Assembly: GCA_035285345.1 (NCBI GenBank)
Contig: JAYKJH010000239.1
Coordinates: 4,840-68,839, forward strand
Direction of reading: 5' to 3'
Length of the DNA: 64,000 nucleotides
Source of the DNA: Nostocaceae cyanobacterium
GTDB taxonomy: Bacteria > Cyanobacteriota > Cyanobacteriia > Cyanobacteriales > Nostocaceae
Part shown: in pieces, positions 47,207 through 56,817 of the stretch
How the letters are laid out: each line of letters begins with the position of its first letter
Numbering within the stretch: the first letter of the stretch is position 1
Made by a program: the position numbers and the translations under genes
Notes under the pieces: model-generated
Told to the model about the DNA's origin: nothing
The model's input: only the letters and a program-made list of their open reading frames with translations
Database searches by the model: none

Positions 47207-48058
47207 TTATTCCTCCAATTTTAGAGCTTGACAAGTTAGAGATTTGTATTGCTGACGTTTGAATTCTTTAAAACCAGGAATCTGATTGCAGATGCGTGTC
47301 CAATTGGGATTTTTGGATTTATCGAAACGATCAATAGTTGTTGGCTCAGAATGTTCTTCTTCTTGGTGATAGCAATAAATGGAGGGTAAGTACACTGGTT
47401 TACAGTGGGTTCGCGTGATTAGACGGTAAGCAAAATCAATATCTTCATATCCCCAATGCCCATCATATTCTTCATCAAATCCACCGGCTTCAATTGCACT
47501 CTGTGTGGGAAAAATGGTATTGCAACCATGAAAGAATGCCCAAGGATGAGGAGTAGTTGTCAACTGTTTGAGATAAGGAAGTCTTCGGTCTTCAACGCAA
47601 TTATAGTTAGAAGAACTAGCAATAGGAACCGCCTCTGTTAGTTTTTCCCATGTCAGAGGTTCAATGTCAGCACGACTGATAAAAATACGTTCTGCTGTTA
47701 ACAAGATACTTTGGTCTTGAACCCTTGTATTGATATATGTACTTAGGTTTGTTAGATAGTGGGGGGGTAAGATAATGTCGGAGTCTAGGGTAATCATCCA
47801 AGGATATTGGCAGAGTTTCAAGCCGAGATTACGAGTTCTACTCAAGGCGTATGTCGTTTTTAATTTAGGCTGCTTGAGTAAGTAGAGATTCAGCTTGTCT
47901 TTGTAGGCTTCATAAAGCTCATCAAGATTATCAAGACTTGAATTATTATCGACTAAGATAACCTCGAATGGCACAGATTTATCCTGCCAAAATAAGGATT
48001 GTAGTGTATTATTGAGAGCGGGTTTACCATTGTAGCAAGGGATAACGAAGCTAAACAT
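47207..48058 (-). CDS. Glycosyltransferase family 2
   Basis: FSFVIPCYNGKPAL...ILVDNNSS...TLDSDI (GT-A fold with DxD). Confidence 0.8.
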   Translation of the reverse strand: MFSFVIPCYNGKPALNNTLQSLFWQDKSVPFEVILVDNNSSLDNLDELYEAYKDKLNLYLLKQPKLKTTYALSRTRNLGLKLCQYPWMITLDSDIILPPHYLTNLSTYINTRVQDQSILLTAERIFISRADIEPLTWEKLTEAVPIASSSNYNCVEDRRLPYLKQLTTTPHPWAFFHGCNTIFPTQSAIEAGGFDEEYDGHWGYEDIDFAYRLITRTHCKPVYLPSIYCYHQEEEHSEPTTIDRFDKSKNPNWTRICNQIPGFKEFKRQQYKSLTCQALKLEE

Positions 48059-48067
48059 AGATACAGA

Positions 48068-48868
48068 TTATTGAGTGAACTGCACGAATACATAATCGGG
48101 TTTAATACCTGTGGATGACAACTTTTTATTCACTAAAGCTGTCTTTATACCATAGTCAAGCGCACCTTTTATATCAGTATCAAGGGTATCACCGACCATG
48201 ACGATACTTGCCTTATCTGTAGAGTTGACATGGGAATAAGCTAGAGCAAATATATCTAGAAAAGGCTTGCCGATGTAAATCACCGCTCCCCCAAGTTGTT
48301 CATACATTTTGGCAACAGAACCAGCACAGAATCGCTTTTCTCCTAGCAGTGAAAGAGTGTGTAAATCAGGATTCACACACAGCATCGTCACTTGTCTTTC
48401 TAGAAAGACTTGAAAATCTTGAGGATACTGAAAAGCAGAATCCGTTGCCGTTAGCAAGATAAATTCTGCCTCGTCAGGTAGGTTAACTCGCAAGTAGGGT
48501 AAACCCTGCAATAACTGCTCATGTTGAGCCTCACCCATGTAATAATAACGAGAACCCACAATAGTTTTCTGACCTGTTGTATTAGCAGAAAGCAGATATC
48601 GAGTCGTGTCTCCAGAAGTAACAATTGCTTGATATAGCGCTTGGCTAATACCCAGGGATGAGAGTTGCTCGGACATGAGTGCCCCAAGAGTTGGGGTGTT
48701 GCTAATCAAGACAACGGTTTTTCCCTGACTCTTCAAAAATGTCAACCACTCTACAGCATAGGGAAAACATTGTTCACCATCGATTAGCACACCCCATAAA
48801 TCAATAAAAAAAACATCGAATTGGGTAGCGAGTTGATGCCATGAATCAGTACTACTTTTGACAATCAT
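48068..48868 (-). CDS. HAD-superfamily hydrolase (subfamily IIA-like)
   Basis: DVFFIDLWGVL (DxxG-type motif I), ISNT, and GKP...VGDTLDTDI motifs. Confidence 0.8.
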   Translation of the reverse strand: MIVKSSTDSWHQLATQFDVFFIDLWGVLIDGEQCFPYAVEWLTFLKSQGKTVVLISNTPTLGALMSEQLSSLGISQALYQAIVTSGDTTRYLLSANTTGQKTIVGSRYYYMGEAQHEQLLQGLPYLRVNLPDEAEFILLTATDSAFQYPQDFQVFLERQVTMLCVNPDLHTLSLLGEKRFCAGSVAKMYEQLGGAVIYIGKPFLDIFALAYSHVNSTDKASIVMVGDTLDTDIKGALDYGIKTALVNKKLSSTGIKPDYVFVQFTQ

Positions 48869-48927
48869 AATGGTTTAAGATTGGAGTAGAATTGATAGAA
48901 AGATTAGAAAAGAAATCTAGAGCAACT
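48840..48927. repeat. 88-bp direct repeat, copy 1
   Basis: It is identical to 49760..49847 except for 1 mismatch (48921 A versus 49841 G). It contains the HAD gene start and a duplicated AroE-like 3' end. Confidence 0.9.
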
Positions 48928-48954
48928 GCCGTTGCCTTGTTATCTACTTTGTCT

Positions 48955-49743
48955 TTAAAATGCGTCATCATGCCAGTCCCAGCTTCGCTTATCCTCTTGG
49001 ATTTTTCTAAGTGCGACCATTCTATTCTCTTGATCTTCAAATATTTCCCGATACAATTTCTTCGATAGGATGTTTGCCCATATTTCTTGCTTAATTGAAG
49101 ACAATGTACCGACTTCCTTCCATGATTTTGTAAGCTTTTTCCCAACCACTCCCACTTCTTCGTAACACGGGTAATTCTTTAAGAAATCAACAACACGCTT
49201 TACTGATGGAAAGCATACATCATCAATGGCAAGGATACCCCCTACTCTTAGCAGTCGAGTTGCATAGAAGCAATCTAGCAGTGTATGGTCAAAAGTGTGC
49301 CATCCGTCTATAAAAATGAAATCAAATTGACCTTCATTTGTTTCTAATAGTTTTGGAAGCACAAATTCTGATTTCTTTTCGATTAGGCTGTAGAAATCAA
49401 TTCCTACAGCCTCCAATTGCTTTATTCCAACACCATCCCATTGGGTATTTTGGAAAGGATCTATAATAGTGTGTGAAGCACCCGGTCGTTCACTTGTGCC
49501 TGAGCAAATATATAGCGAGGAAAGTCCGTATGCACAGCCGACTTCTAAAGTGTTGCGGATCGTGGAATCACTATTAATGATAGAAAATAGAAACTCACCT
49601 TCTTCACGATCAACCGTGGAGTGTAGTTTATGAGCTTTCCCACTACGCCCTACAACCGAGCCCGCTTCATAGATATTCTTAATAAATTCGTTGATGTTAA
49701 GCCTCTTCATTTTTCCAGCTAACCTATAATTCCAACTTGACAA
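48955..49743 (-). CDS. Class I SAM-dependent (O-)methyltransferase
   Basis: TLEVGCAYGLSSLYI (motif I) and FDFIFIDGWHTFDHTLLDCFYATRLLRVGGILAIDD. It has a TTG start, with an alternative ATG at 49710. Confidence 0.75.
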   Translation of the reverse strand: MSSWNYRLAGKMKRLNINEFIKNIYEAGSVVGRSGKAHKLHSTVDREEGEFLFSIINSDSTIRNTLEVGCAYGLSSLYICSGTSERPGASHTIIDPFQNTQWDGVGIKQLEAVGIDFYSLIEKKSEFVLPKLLETNEGQFDFIFIDGWHTFDHTLLDCFYATRLLRVGGILAIDDVCFPSVKRVVDFLKNYPCYEEVGVVGKKLTKSWKEVGTLSSIKQEIWANILSKKLYREIFEDQENRMVALRKIQEDKRSWDWHDDAF

Positions 49744-49759
49744 GTGATAAATATTATGT

Positions 49760-49847
49760 CATGAATCAGTACTACTTTTGACAATCATAATGGTTTAAGA
49801 TTGGAGTAGAATTGATAGAAAGATTAGAAAAGAAATCTAGGGCAACT
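49760..49847. repeat. 88-bp direct repeat, copy 2
   Basis: See copy 1. This copy contains the real 3' end and stop of the AroE-like gene. Confidence 0.9.
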
Positions 49848-50632
49848 ACAGCCTGTTCGACTAGCATTCCCAAACCATTAATTGATGATTTTGCCCCAGA
49901 AGCAAGTGCCCATTGCTGAAAGAGAGTGTGTTCCGCAATTTTGTAAGCACATTCCAGACAATGGGTATTTGAGCCAACGATAGCAGGATTTAAGGGTAAC
50001 TGATGTCCCTGAATACTGGCTGACGTGGCATTGATAATCACATCGAAAGGCTCTTGAGGAATATTTTCATAAGTGCAAGTGCTGATGATATCAAAGGGAA
50101 AATATCGTTTAATTTTTTGAAGACGTTCTTGATTTCGATTACAAATTAAGATACTTCTGGGAGATTGGTTAATCAGATCCATCAAGATACCCCGCAACAC
50201 GCCACCGGCACCTAAGACTAATAATTTTTTATTCCGAAATGATAGCCTATGGTTAATTGTGACATCTCTAATAAAACCTTCTCCATCAGAATTATCACCG
50301 TAAAATACTCCCTGTTCATTGCGAATAATATTAACTGAACCGGCTTTACGGGCACGCTCTGTTAAAACATCGCACAATTCAAAGGCTTGAACTTTATAAG
50401 GTACGGTGATGCAAATGTGGGTTCCTGATTGAAATTTTAGGTCTAACATCTTTGTTTTTAATTCTCTCGGCTCCACTTCAAACTGTCGAACATTCAGGTC
50501 AATTCCTTGGGAATGACAGCAGAGTTTGTATACTTCTGCTAACCGACTATGAGAGAGAACACGTCCAAAATAGGCAAGTTTCAATCCTGGGATTGAGCTA
50601 ACAGGACTAGGAGACTTGTGCTGGTGTGGCAT
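49772..50632 (-). CDS. Shikimate/quinate dehydrogenase-family protein (AroE-like)
   Basis: ITVPYKVQAF, GDNSDGEGF, and the Rossmann motif LVLGAGGVLRGIL, 286 aa. Confidence 0.7.
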   Translation of the reverse strand: MPHQHKSPSPVSSIPGLKLAYFGRVLSHSRLAEVYKLCCHSQGIDLNVRQFEVEPRELKTKMLDLKFQSGTHICITVPYKVQAFELCDVLTERARKAGSVNIIRNEQGVFYGDNSDGEGFIRDVTINHRLSFRNKKLLVLGAGGVLRGILMDLINQSPRSILICNRNQERLQKIKRYFPFDIISTCTYENIPQEPFDVIINATSASIQGHQLPLNPAIVGSNTHCLECAYKIAEHTLFQQWALASGAKSSINGLGMLVEQAVVALDFFSNLSINSTPILNHYDCQK

Positions 50633-50913
50633 AAATCACAAAATTTTTATTATGGTCTACTGGACTGGTGGTGATAGGTAGTCTTGGAATGGGGTGTAGT
50701 GTCCCTCGCGAGAACAGAACCTTATACCTAAGTCGAGTTGGACAGGCAAGAGTTCATTAGTGGAATCAGGGTGGGCAATGCCCACTTTCATCTGTTGTGA
50801 CAGACTCCAATAGGATACGATAATTTCAGAAGAACAAGTATACGAAAATTCCAACTTTTTTATATTGGATATTACAAGCTAAAAACTGGCACTTTTGTCA
50901 AGTCCAGAGGGAT

Positions 50914-51629
50914 TCAAAAATAATCTTCCCGTGAGCCAGAGCGACGAATATCGTTGGTTATGTAGTGAAATCCACCACCTAATGTACGAGCATGACGCAG
51001 TTGCAACCCAATTACATTTACACGTCGTTTCTCCAGTTCTTTGATTAAAGAAACTTGCCTTTTATCAACAATTGCTAACTCTGGATTAACCATGAGAAAA
51101 TTCATGGCAATCCAAATTGATGACAGTGGAGACCCTTCATAGCCGATATCCACTGGTTCTGGACACCAAATTTTATCCCAATCGTGAAATAATGCAGGTA
51201 AATTATCGTCATTCACTCGTTCTGGATTAATCACAACTAAGCCTGGACGAACGATGGTAAATGTTGTATCAATATGTTTACCCAGATACACGTTTATACA
51301 TTGATGGACTCGGTAATCGTTTCCCAAAACTGATTGCAACCATTGTCCTCCTAACTGGTTTCCTGAATCGCTGACTTGATACAGGATATCCTTCCCTAAG
51401 CGCAGAATATTAGCGGCATCAAAAGCAATTTCCGAATTTAACAATAATTATAATGTCCACAAGAAGACCAATTCGGTGTTGAAAAAGAGATTGAATGGTC
51501 AGTTATTTGCGGACGACGAACTTTTACATTTAATTCTTGCAACGTGGCAACTAAAATAGCAAGGTCTTGTTGAGTTTCTTCGAGGACGCGATCGCTAAAT
51601 TGCCCAGTTGGGATATCTTCATCACTAAG
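50914..51629 (-). pseudogene. Amidinotransferase (AGAT/StrB1 family) pseudogene
   Basis: The C-terminal part is EIAFDAANILRLGKDILYQVS...GGGFHYITNDIRRSG, with Tyr where the catalytic Cys (GGxFHC) should be. The upstream fragment ...EETQQDLAILVATLQELNVKVRRPQ...TPNWSSCGHYNYC* is in another frame. About 100 codons are missing between them. The 5' end is replaced by repeats. Confidence 0.7.
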
Positions 51630-51636
51630 TTTCGCT

Positions 51637-51697
51637 TATTCCCTCTTATTCCCTCTTATTCCCTCTCTCTTTGGGAGAGGGTGAGTGTGAGGGTAAT
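51637..51697. repeat. Decamer TTATTCCCTC x3 followed by the GGGAGAGGGTGAGTGTGAGGG dispersed motif
   Basis: Read directly from the sequence. It truncates the amidinotransferase 5' region. Confidence 0.8.
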
Positions 51698-51852
51698 TCA
51701 TATCCGCTCTTCAGCAACGCCAAATAATTTATATACCCATGTCAGCTGACATATTGCACCATTCGAGTGGAACCGTCCCACCCCTGCCCCACAACGTAGA
51801 ATGAAGATTTGAGGATGTAATAAGCAGAGGTGGCGGACAATATTCTCAATAA

Positions 51853-52791
51853 TCATGGTAGTGCAAGATATGAGTCAGGCTTACTGTTCCAAAGGGTGAC
51901 AATGCTATTACTGCCATCCTTTGTAGGAATCAGAGTCAGATATAGGGGTGTGGGTTTGTCTTCACGAATCAATGTATAAATTACTCCACCATTTGGCAGC
52001 TTATCCTCACCTTCAATAGTGAATTGCTCGTTTAAAATTTCTGTACTGACGTAAGTTTCATACAACTGCTGGGGATTAGTACCTGGAACTTTGGCAATTA
52101 AACCATCAACAATTGCTGGGTGTAGCTGACCATTCTGAAGAAAAGCATTCGGATTATCCACTAGGTCTTCTAAGCGCTCAACTTTTTGCCAATCATCCTT
52201 CATGGGTACACCACCTACGGAATCAACCCCCAATGGTTGCATCTGCTCAGGGGGTGTGGGAGTTGGAGTGGGAGTTGGTGTGGGAGTTGGAGTTGGTGTG
52301 GGAGTTGGAGTTGGAGTGGGAGTTGGGGTGGGAGTTGGGGTGGGAGTTGGTGTGGGTGTGGGAATCGGTGTGGGAGTTGGTGTGGGTGTGGGAGTGGGAG
52401 TTGGAGTCGGTGTTGGAGTTGGAGTTGGAGTTGGTGTTGGTTTAGGTTTTGGTGGTAAAGGTTTTTCAGCTTCCGGTTTGGGGATGGGAATTGGTGGTTT
52501 GGCTACTATCTGAGGTTTCGGACGAGGAATTGGTGGTTTTGTAACCGATTGCGATGGAGGGATAACGGGTTTTTTTGGGGGAACAGCCAGTTTTTCTGGT
52601 TTGGGAATCTTTAATGATGACGACGAAGGTGCCAGTCGCGTTACCTTGACCAGCTTTTCTGGCTTTTTCTTATCTTCCTTGGCTGTTTCCTGGGATGGTA
52701 TGGGTATTGCCAATAGTACACAGTGTAGCGCTATAGAACTGAGCCACACTGGTTGCCATAAACTGCGTAGGGGTAGAGGCAAATTTTTCAT
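51853..52791 (-). CDS. Membrane-anchored protein with a long (Thr-Pro)n linker and a globular C-terminal domain
   Basis: It has an N-terminal TM ([22 protein letters not shown]), a Pro/Lys-rich segment, about 40 consecutive TP dipeptides, and a 130-aa C-domain of unknown family. Confidence 0.65.
   Translation of the reverse strand: MKNLPLPLRSLWQPVWLSSIALHCVLLAIPIPSQETAKEDKKKPEKLVKVTRLAPSSSSLKIPKPEKLAVPPKKPVIPPSQSVTKPPIPRPKPQIVAKPPIPIPKPEAEKPLPPKPKPTPTPTPTPTPTPTPTPTPTPTPTPIPTPTPTPTPTPTPTPTPTPTPTPTPTPTPTPTPTPTPPEQMQPLGVDSVGGVPMKDDWQKVERLEDLVDNPNAFLQNGQLHPAIVDGLIAKVPGTNPQQLYETYVSTEILNEQFTIEGEDKLPNGGVIYTLIREDKPTPLYLTLIPTKDGSNSIVTLWNSKPDSYLALP
52251..52440. repeat. Coding microsatellite-like array (GGNGTN)n encoding (TP)n on the minus strand
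   Basis: GGAGTTGGTGTGGGAGTT... periodicity runs for about 190 nt. It generates three spurious plus-strand ORFs. Confidence 0.9.
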
Positions 52792-52857
52792 ACCACATTG
52801 GGGACTGGGGCACACACTAATATCACGGATACGCTGATGTGGGTAGGGGACTAATAA

Positions 52858-53646
52858 CTACATCTTGTCGAGACGATGACGTAATTTGCTGCTGAGGAAA
52901 TCAATCATCGTGACGACCACCAACAGGACTAGCATCATGGTGGTGGCTTTGGTGTACTCAAAACCTTTAATGTAGTTGACTAATTCAAAACCTATACCTC
53001 CGGCACCGACTACACCTAATACAGATGCAGCGCGGATATTATATTCAAACATCCACAAGGTATATCCCAACACTAAGGGTAAAACTTGAGGAAGAATGCC
53101 GTATTGAGCTATTTGGATGCGGTCAGCACCAGCGACTTGCAAAGATTCTATGGAACGCGGGTCAACGGCTTCTATGGCTTGTTGATAAAATTTTCCTAAG
53201 TAGCCAATGGTATAAATTGCCAATGCTAGAGTACCTGCAGGGGCGCCCAATCCGGTAGCAGCAACAAATAGTAATCCCAGTACAATCGATGGTACTGAAC
53301 GCACGGCATTTTGGATGAAATTAGCTAGCCATTGTAGCCATTGGGGTGCAATATTGCTAGCGCTAGCGATCGCAATGGGTAGAGAAATAATCGCTCCCAG
53401 GGTGGTTCCCCAGATGGACATCTGGATGGTTTCAATTAAGGCTTTAATCGCTACATCTACCACTTCCAGGTTGGGGGGAAACAACCGTGAAATAAAGTCA
53501 GTGACGTAGGGACCACTACTCTTGAGAAGTTCAAAATTGACCTTTAGACCTTGGAGTGCCCAAGTGTAAACTACAACTACAATGCCCAGGATGAGTAAGC
53601 GAGTTAACCAAGCGTACCGATGTAAAAAATTAACTAAATCTTTCAT
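52858..53646 (-). CDS. phnE: Phosphonate ABC transporter permease
   Basis: 262 aa, 6 TM, PhnE-like, and adjacent to phnC/phnD. Confidence 0.8.
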   Translation of the reverse strand: MKDLVNFLHRYAWLTRLLILGIVVVVYTWALQGLKVNFELLKSSGPYVTDFISRLFPPNLEVVDVAIKALIETIQMSIWGTTLGAIISLPIAIASASNIAPQWLQWLANFIQNAVRSVPSIVLGLLFVAATGLGAPAGTLALAIYTIGYLGKFYQQAIEAVDPRSIESLQVAGADRIQIAQYGILPQVLPLVLGYTLWMFEYNIRAASVLGVVGAGGIGFELVNYIKGFEYTKATTMMLVLLVVVTMIDFLSSKLRHRLDKM

Positions 53647-53784
53647 ATGAAATAAGTAAATTTACGTTAGGCATTGCTAGCCCGTCAAAAATCTAGAAAA
53701 TATTCCCATCTCTCGGCAATTTCTCTTCGCTTCTTAGTGGTTTCAATAAGTTTTAACCACAAAGAAACGAAGAAACGAAGAAGA

Positions 53785-54522
53785 TTACAAACTCAAAGCT
53801 GTAGAAAATTTGGCTTGTAGGTTGTCGCAGCTACCGTCATAAACAACACACCCTGCATCTAAAACTATTGCTCGTTGAGCGTAAGTAGCGGCAAGGTTGA
53901 GGTCATGTAATACTGTAACGATGGTCATTCCTTGTTCAGCATGAAGTTGGGCTAAACTGTCCATTACCTGTTGGGAAGCCATGACATCTAAGCCGCTGGT
54001 GGGTTCGTCAGCTAGGAGAATTTGCGGGGATTGAATTAATGCACGAGCGATCGCTACCCGTTGTTGCTGTCCACCGCTAAGTTTGCTAGTCCTTTGGTAA
54101 GCTAAATCCTTTAACCCCAATTCAGACAGCAGTTGCAACGCTAAGCGTCGGTCGCTCTTAGGAAAGCCAAACAGGGTTTGTCTACTAGACATTGCACCCA
54201 GACGACCGCATAAGACATTTTCCATCGCACTGAGTTGGCGAATCAACCCACCACCTTGAAATAACATCCCAACGTTACGGCGGATTTGCGGTAGGGTTTT
54301 GGGATTGATGGGAATACCATTAACCCAAATATCCCCTTTTTTTATCGGTACTAGTCCGACGAGCGATCGCAATAATGTAGACTTCCCCGCACCATTGAGT
54401 CCCAGCAAAACGACAAACTCACCCTGGTTAATGTGACAACTAACCCCGTTGAGAATAGGACGGTTCAGGGATGGTGAATATACCGTTTCGACATCAATAC
54501 ACTCAATGGCTGGCTGGTTCAT
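53785..54522 (-). CDS. phnC: Phosphonate ABC transporter ATP-binding protein
   Basis: GLNGAGKSTLLR, LSGGQQQRVAIARAL, LLADEPTSGLD. The start MNQPAIE is preferred, because the longer ORF runs through a heptamer repeat array. Confidence 0.8.
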   Translation of the reverse strand: MNQPAIECIDVETVYSPSLNRPILNGVSCHINQGEFVVLLGLNGAGKSTLLRSLVGLVPIKKGDIWVNGIPINPKTLPQIRRNVGMLFQGGGLIRQLSAMENVLCGRLGAMSSRQTLFGFPKSDRRLALQLLSELGLKDLAYQRTSKLSGGQQQRVAIARALIQSPQILLADEPTSGLDVMASQQVMDSLAQLHAEQGMTIVTVLHDLNLAATYAQRAIVLDAGCVVYDGSCDNLQAKFSTALSL

Positions 54523-54527
54523 AAATC

Positions 54528-54562
54528 GGGAATGGGGAATGGGTAATGGGTAATGGGGTAAG
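54528..54562. repeat. Heptamer tandem repeat (GGGAATG/GGTAATG x5)
   Basis: Read directly from the sequence. It lies immediately upstream of the phnC start. Confidence 0.8.
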
Positions 54563-54644
54563 AGGTAATTGATTTTTTCCTTCCCTTGGGTTCCTTCCCT
54601 TGTCCTCGGTGTCCCCACTCAGGACTCAGGAACTCAGGACTACA

Positions 54645-55628
54645 TTATTGCTCAATTCCAGCACGTTTGAGGGCTTCGCGCATGGGTTCTAAGTGTTTGC
54701 TATGGTCAACTTTCACCAGATTTGTCGAGTTGTATAAGCTGGTCAATAATTGATTGTTAGCTGGTTCATTTAACTTCATCAAGGCGTTGATTATCTTTTC
54801 CCTTGTCGCTGCTGGAACATCGTCATCAATCACGATACCGTGAGCCGGGACATTAGAGATACTATGCAATACCCGCAGCTTCTTGGCTTCTTCGGCTGTG
54901 ATGTAAGGCGCACCTAGAGTGTATTCCGATACAGCAGCTACATCGGCTTGACCCCGCAGCACTGCTTGTAATGCACCGCTGTAGCCGTTACCGTAGGCGA
55001 CTTGACCGAAGAAACTATCTAATTTATCACGAGAAGGCACCAATCCTTCTTTCACTAACTCTCCTACAGGGAAGATAAACCCAGAACCAGAGGTGGGAGA
55101 GGTAAAGGTCATTCTCTTACCCCGCAGTTGTTCTAGGGTTTGCTTAGCGGAGCTTTTGCTTTGTAGGGGACTATCTTTGGGGACGACAAAAATCGATTTG
55201 TAGGTGTGTCCACCGGAGTAATTTTTGCGTACCTCCGCCAAATACATGCGAGAGTTTGCTAATTGTTCTGCCTTCAAAGCAGGTCGGCTACTTAAGAAAG
55301 ATACGTCCACCCGGTTAGCTCGCAAAGCTTCCACCGCCGCTGTATCGTCAGCAACAATTGCTTCCACTTTCATGCCCAATTCTTTTGATAAAAAAGTAGC
55401 CACAGCGTTCGCCTTATTTTGCAAGTCTGTGGAATCAGCACGACTGGGAAAAGCGATTTTCAAAGTCGTCATGGGCGCATTTTGGGCAACTAAGTTTTGG
55501 TTTTGCGCCTGTTGACTGGGAACTGAGTCAGCACTTGCTTCCTGCTCAGCAACGGTGCTAACACCACAACCAGCAAGCACTACAGCCGCAGCGCTAACAT
55601 TTAGGAAAACCTTTTTCCACAGACTCAT
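54645..55628 (-). CDS. phnD: Phosphate/phosphite/phosphonate ABC transporter substrate-binding protein
   Basis: Signal peptide with lipobox-like LAGCG. It has PhnD-like TSPTSGSGFIFP and YSGALQAVLRGQADVAAV segments. Confidence 0.8.
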   Translation of the reverse strand: MSLWKKVFLNVSAAAVVLAGCGVSTVAEQEASADSVPSQQAQNQNLVAQNAPMTTLKIAFPSRADSTDLQNKANAVATFLSKELGMKVEAIVADDTAAVEALRANRVDVSFLSSRPALKAEQLANSRMYLAEVRKNYSGGHTYKSIFVVPKDSPLQSKSSAKQTLEQLRGKRMTFTSPTSGSGFIFPVGELVKEGLVPSRDKLDSFFGQVAYGNGYSGALQAVLRGQADVAAVSEYTLGAPYITAEEAKKLRVLHSISNVPAHGIVIDDDVPAATREKIINALMKLNEPANNQLLTSLYNSTNLVKVDHSKHLEPMREALKRAGIEQ

Positions 55629-55732
55629 GACCCATTCTCCTTTGCTAAAGATTCTCAGTATTTTTGCAAATACTTGTCAACAACATTGGAATAGATTTTG
55701 ATATCTTTTGTAAGAAAAGTCAATAATCAATG

Positions 55733-55782
55733 GCAAAAAAACAGACGGTAAATCACCTGCTAGTTGGGTTATATTTACCGTC
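55733..55782 (-). terminator. Rho-independent terminator after ridA
   Basis: On the minus strand: GACGGTAAAT-20 nt-ATTTACCGTC followed by TGTTTTTTTG. Confidence 0.75.
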
Positions 55783-55805
55783 AACAGAGAATATTTTCTA
55801 GTGGA

Positions 55806-56195
55806 CTAAATCACTGCAATGCAGTCAATCTCTACCAAAACATCTTTAGGTAGCCGGGAAACTTGCACACATGCGCGGGCTGGGGCTGTATCTTCTGAGA
55901 AAAATTTAGCGTAAACTGCGTTCATTGCGCCAAAATCATTCATATCTTTGAGAAATACAGTAGTTTTCACAACCTGCTCAAAGCTAGCACCTGCTGCTTG
56001 CAGAATAGCCTCAAGATTAGCCATAACCTGCTCGGTTTGCTTTGCCACATCCTCGCTGGAGAGAATATCACCCTTTACGGGGTCGATGGCAATTTGTCCA
56101 GCCACGAATATCATTTGACCAGAGACGGCGATCGCTTGGTTATATGGTCCTACTGGTGCGGGTGCTTTATCGGTGCGAATTACTTGGCGAGTCAT
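55806..56195 (-). CDS. ridA: RidA/YjgF family reactive-intermediate deaminase
   Basis: MTRQVIRTDKAPAPVGPYNQAI...PARACVQVSRLPKDVLVEID. Confidence 0.85.
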   Translation of the reverse strand: MTRQVIRTDKAPAPVGPYNQAIAVSGQMIFVAGQIAIDPVKGDILSSEDVAKQTEQVMANLEAILQAAGASFEQVVKTTVFLKDMNDFGAMNAVYAKFFSEDTAPARACVQVSRLPKDVLVEIDCIAVI

Positions 56196-56268
56196 GGTTA
56201 ATAACTGTAAGATTTCTCCATCAGGCATTATCTCACCAGTCCGGTCTTTTACTCGCCAGCCTCCTTTG

Positions 56269-56817
56269 CTAGGGATTGGTAGGTGGTAGTGGCTCTCCCA
56301 GGTTAGTCAGATTGAGAACGTAACCACCAGTAACCAGATAAACTATATCTGCGATCGCACCCAAGCGACGGACTAGATTACCCAAACGGTCGCGGAAAGT
56401 TCTGCCGATGGGATAGGCTGGAACCACACCCCAGCCGGTTTCTTCGCCAACAAAAATTATCTTTAAGGGTGCTTGCTGTACGGTATCTAACAAATCTTGT
56501 ACCGTGTTTTCCCAGTCTTGTTCCTCCAATTCAAGTAAATTCGCTACCCATGTCCCTAAAGAATCTACCAGGAAACAGGTGTGCGGATTTGCTGTTTGCA
56601 ATCTGCCAACTAAATCTACTGGCACCTCTAGGGTCTGCCAATCTGCGGGACGCCTTGCACAGTGTTTTTGAATCCGCAGCAGCCATTCTTGGTCATCTGA
56701 GTTTTGTTGTGCTGTCGCCATGTAAACCACAGACATCCCAGAGTTCATCGCCAGAATTTCTGCCCATTCACTTTTCCCAGAACGTGCGGGACCTGTTACT
56801 AAAATGACTTTCTCCAC
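56269..56817 (-). CDS. cobU: Adenosylcobinamide kinase / adenosylcobinamide-phosphate guanylyltransferase
   Basis: P-loop VTGPARSGKSEWAE, 182 aa, with CobU/CobP-like length and motifs. Confidence 0.8.
   Translation of the reverse strand: MEKVILVTGPARSGKSEWAEILAMNSGMSVVYMATAQQNSDDQEWLLRIQKHCARRPADWQTLEVPVDLVGRLQTANPHTCFLVDSLGTWVANLLELEEQDWENTVQDLLDTVQQAPLKIIFVGEETGWGVVPAYPIGRTFRDRLGNLVRRLGAIADIVYLVTGGYVLNLTNLGEPLPPTNP

Noticed and set aside
52113-52513. Three plus-strand ORFs encoding (GV)n, WEL-repeat and WSG-repeat peptides.
   Set aside because: They are mirror-image artefacts of the (TP)n coding microsatellite on the minus strand.
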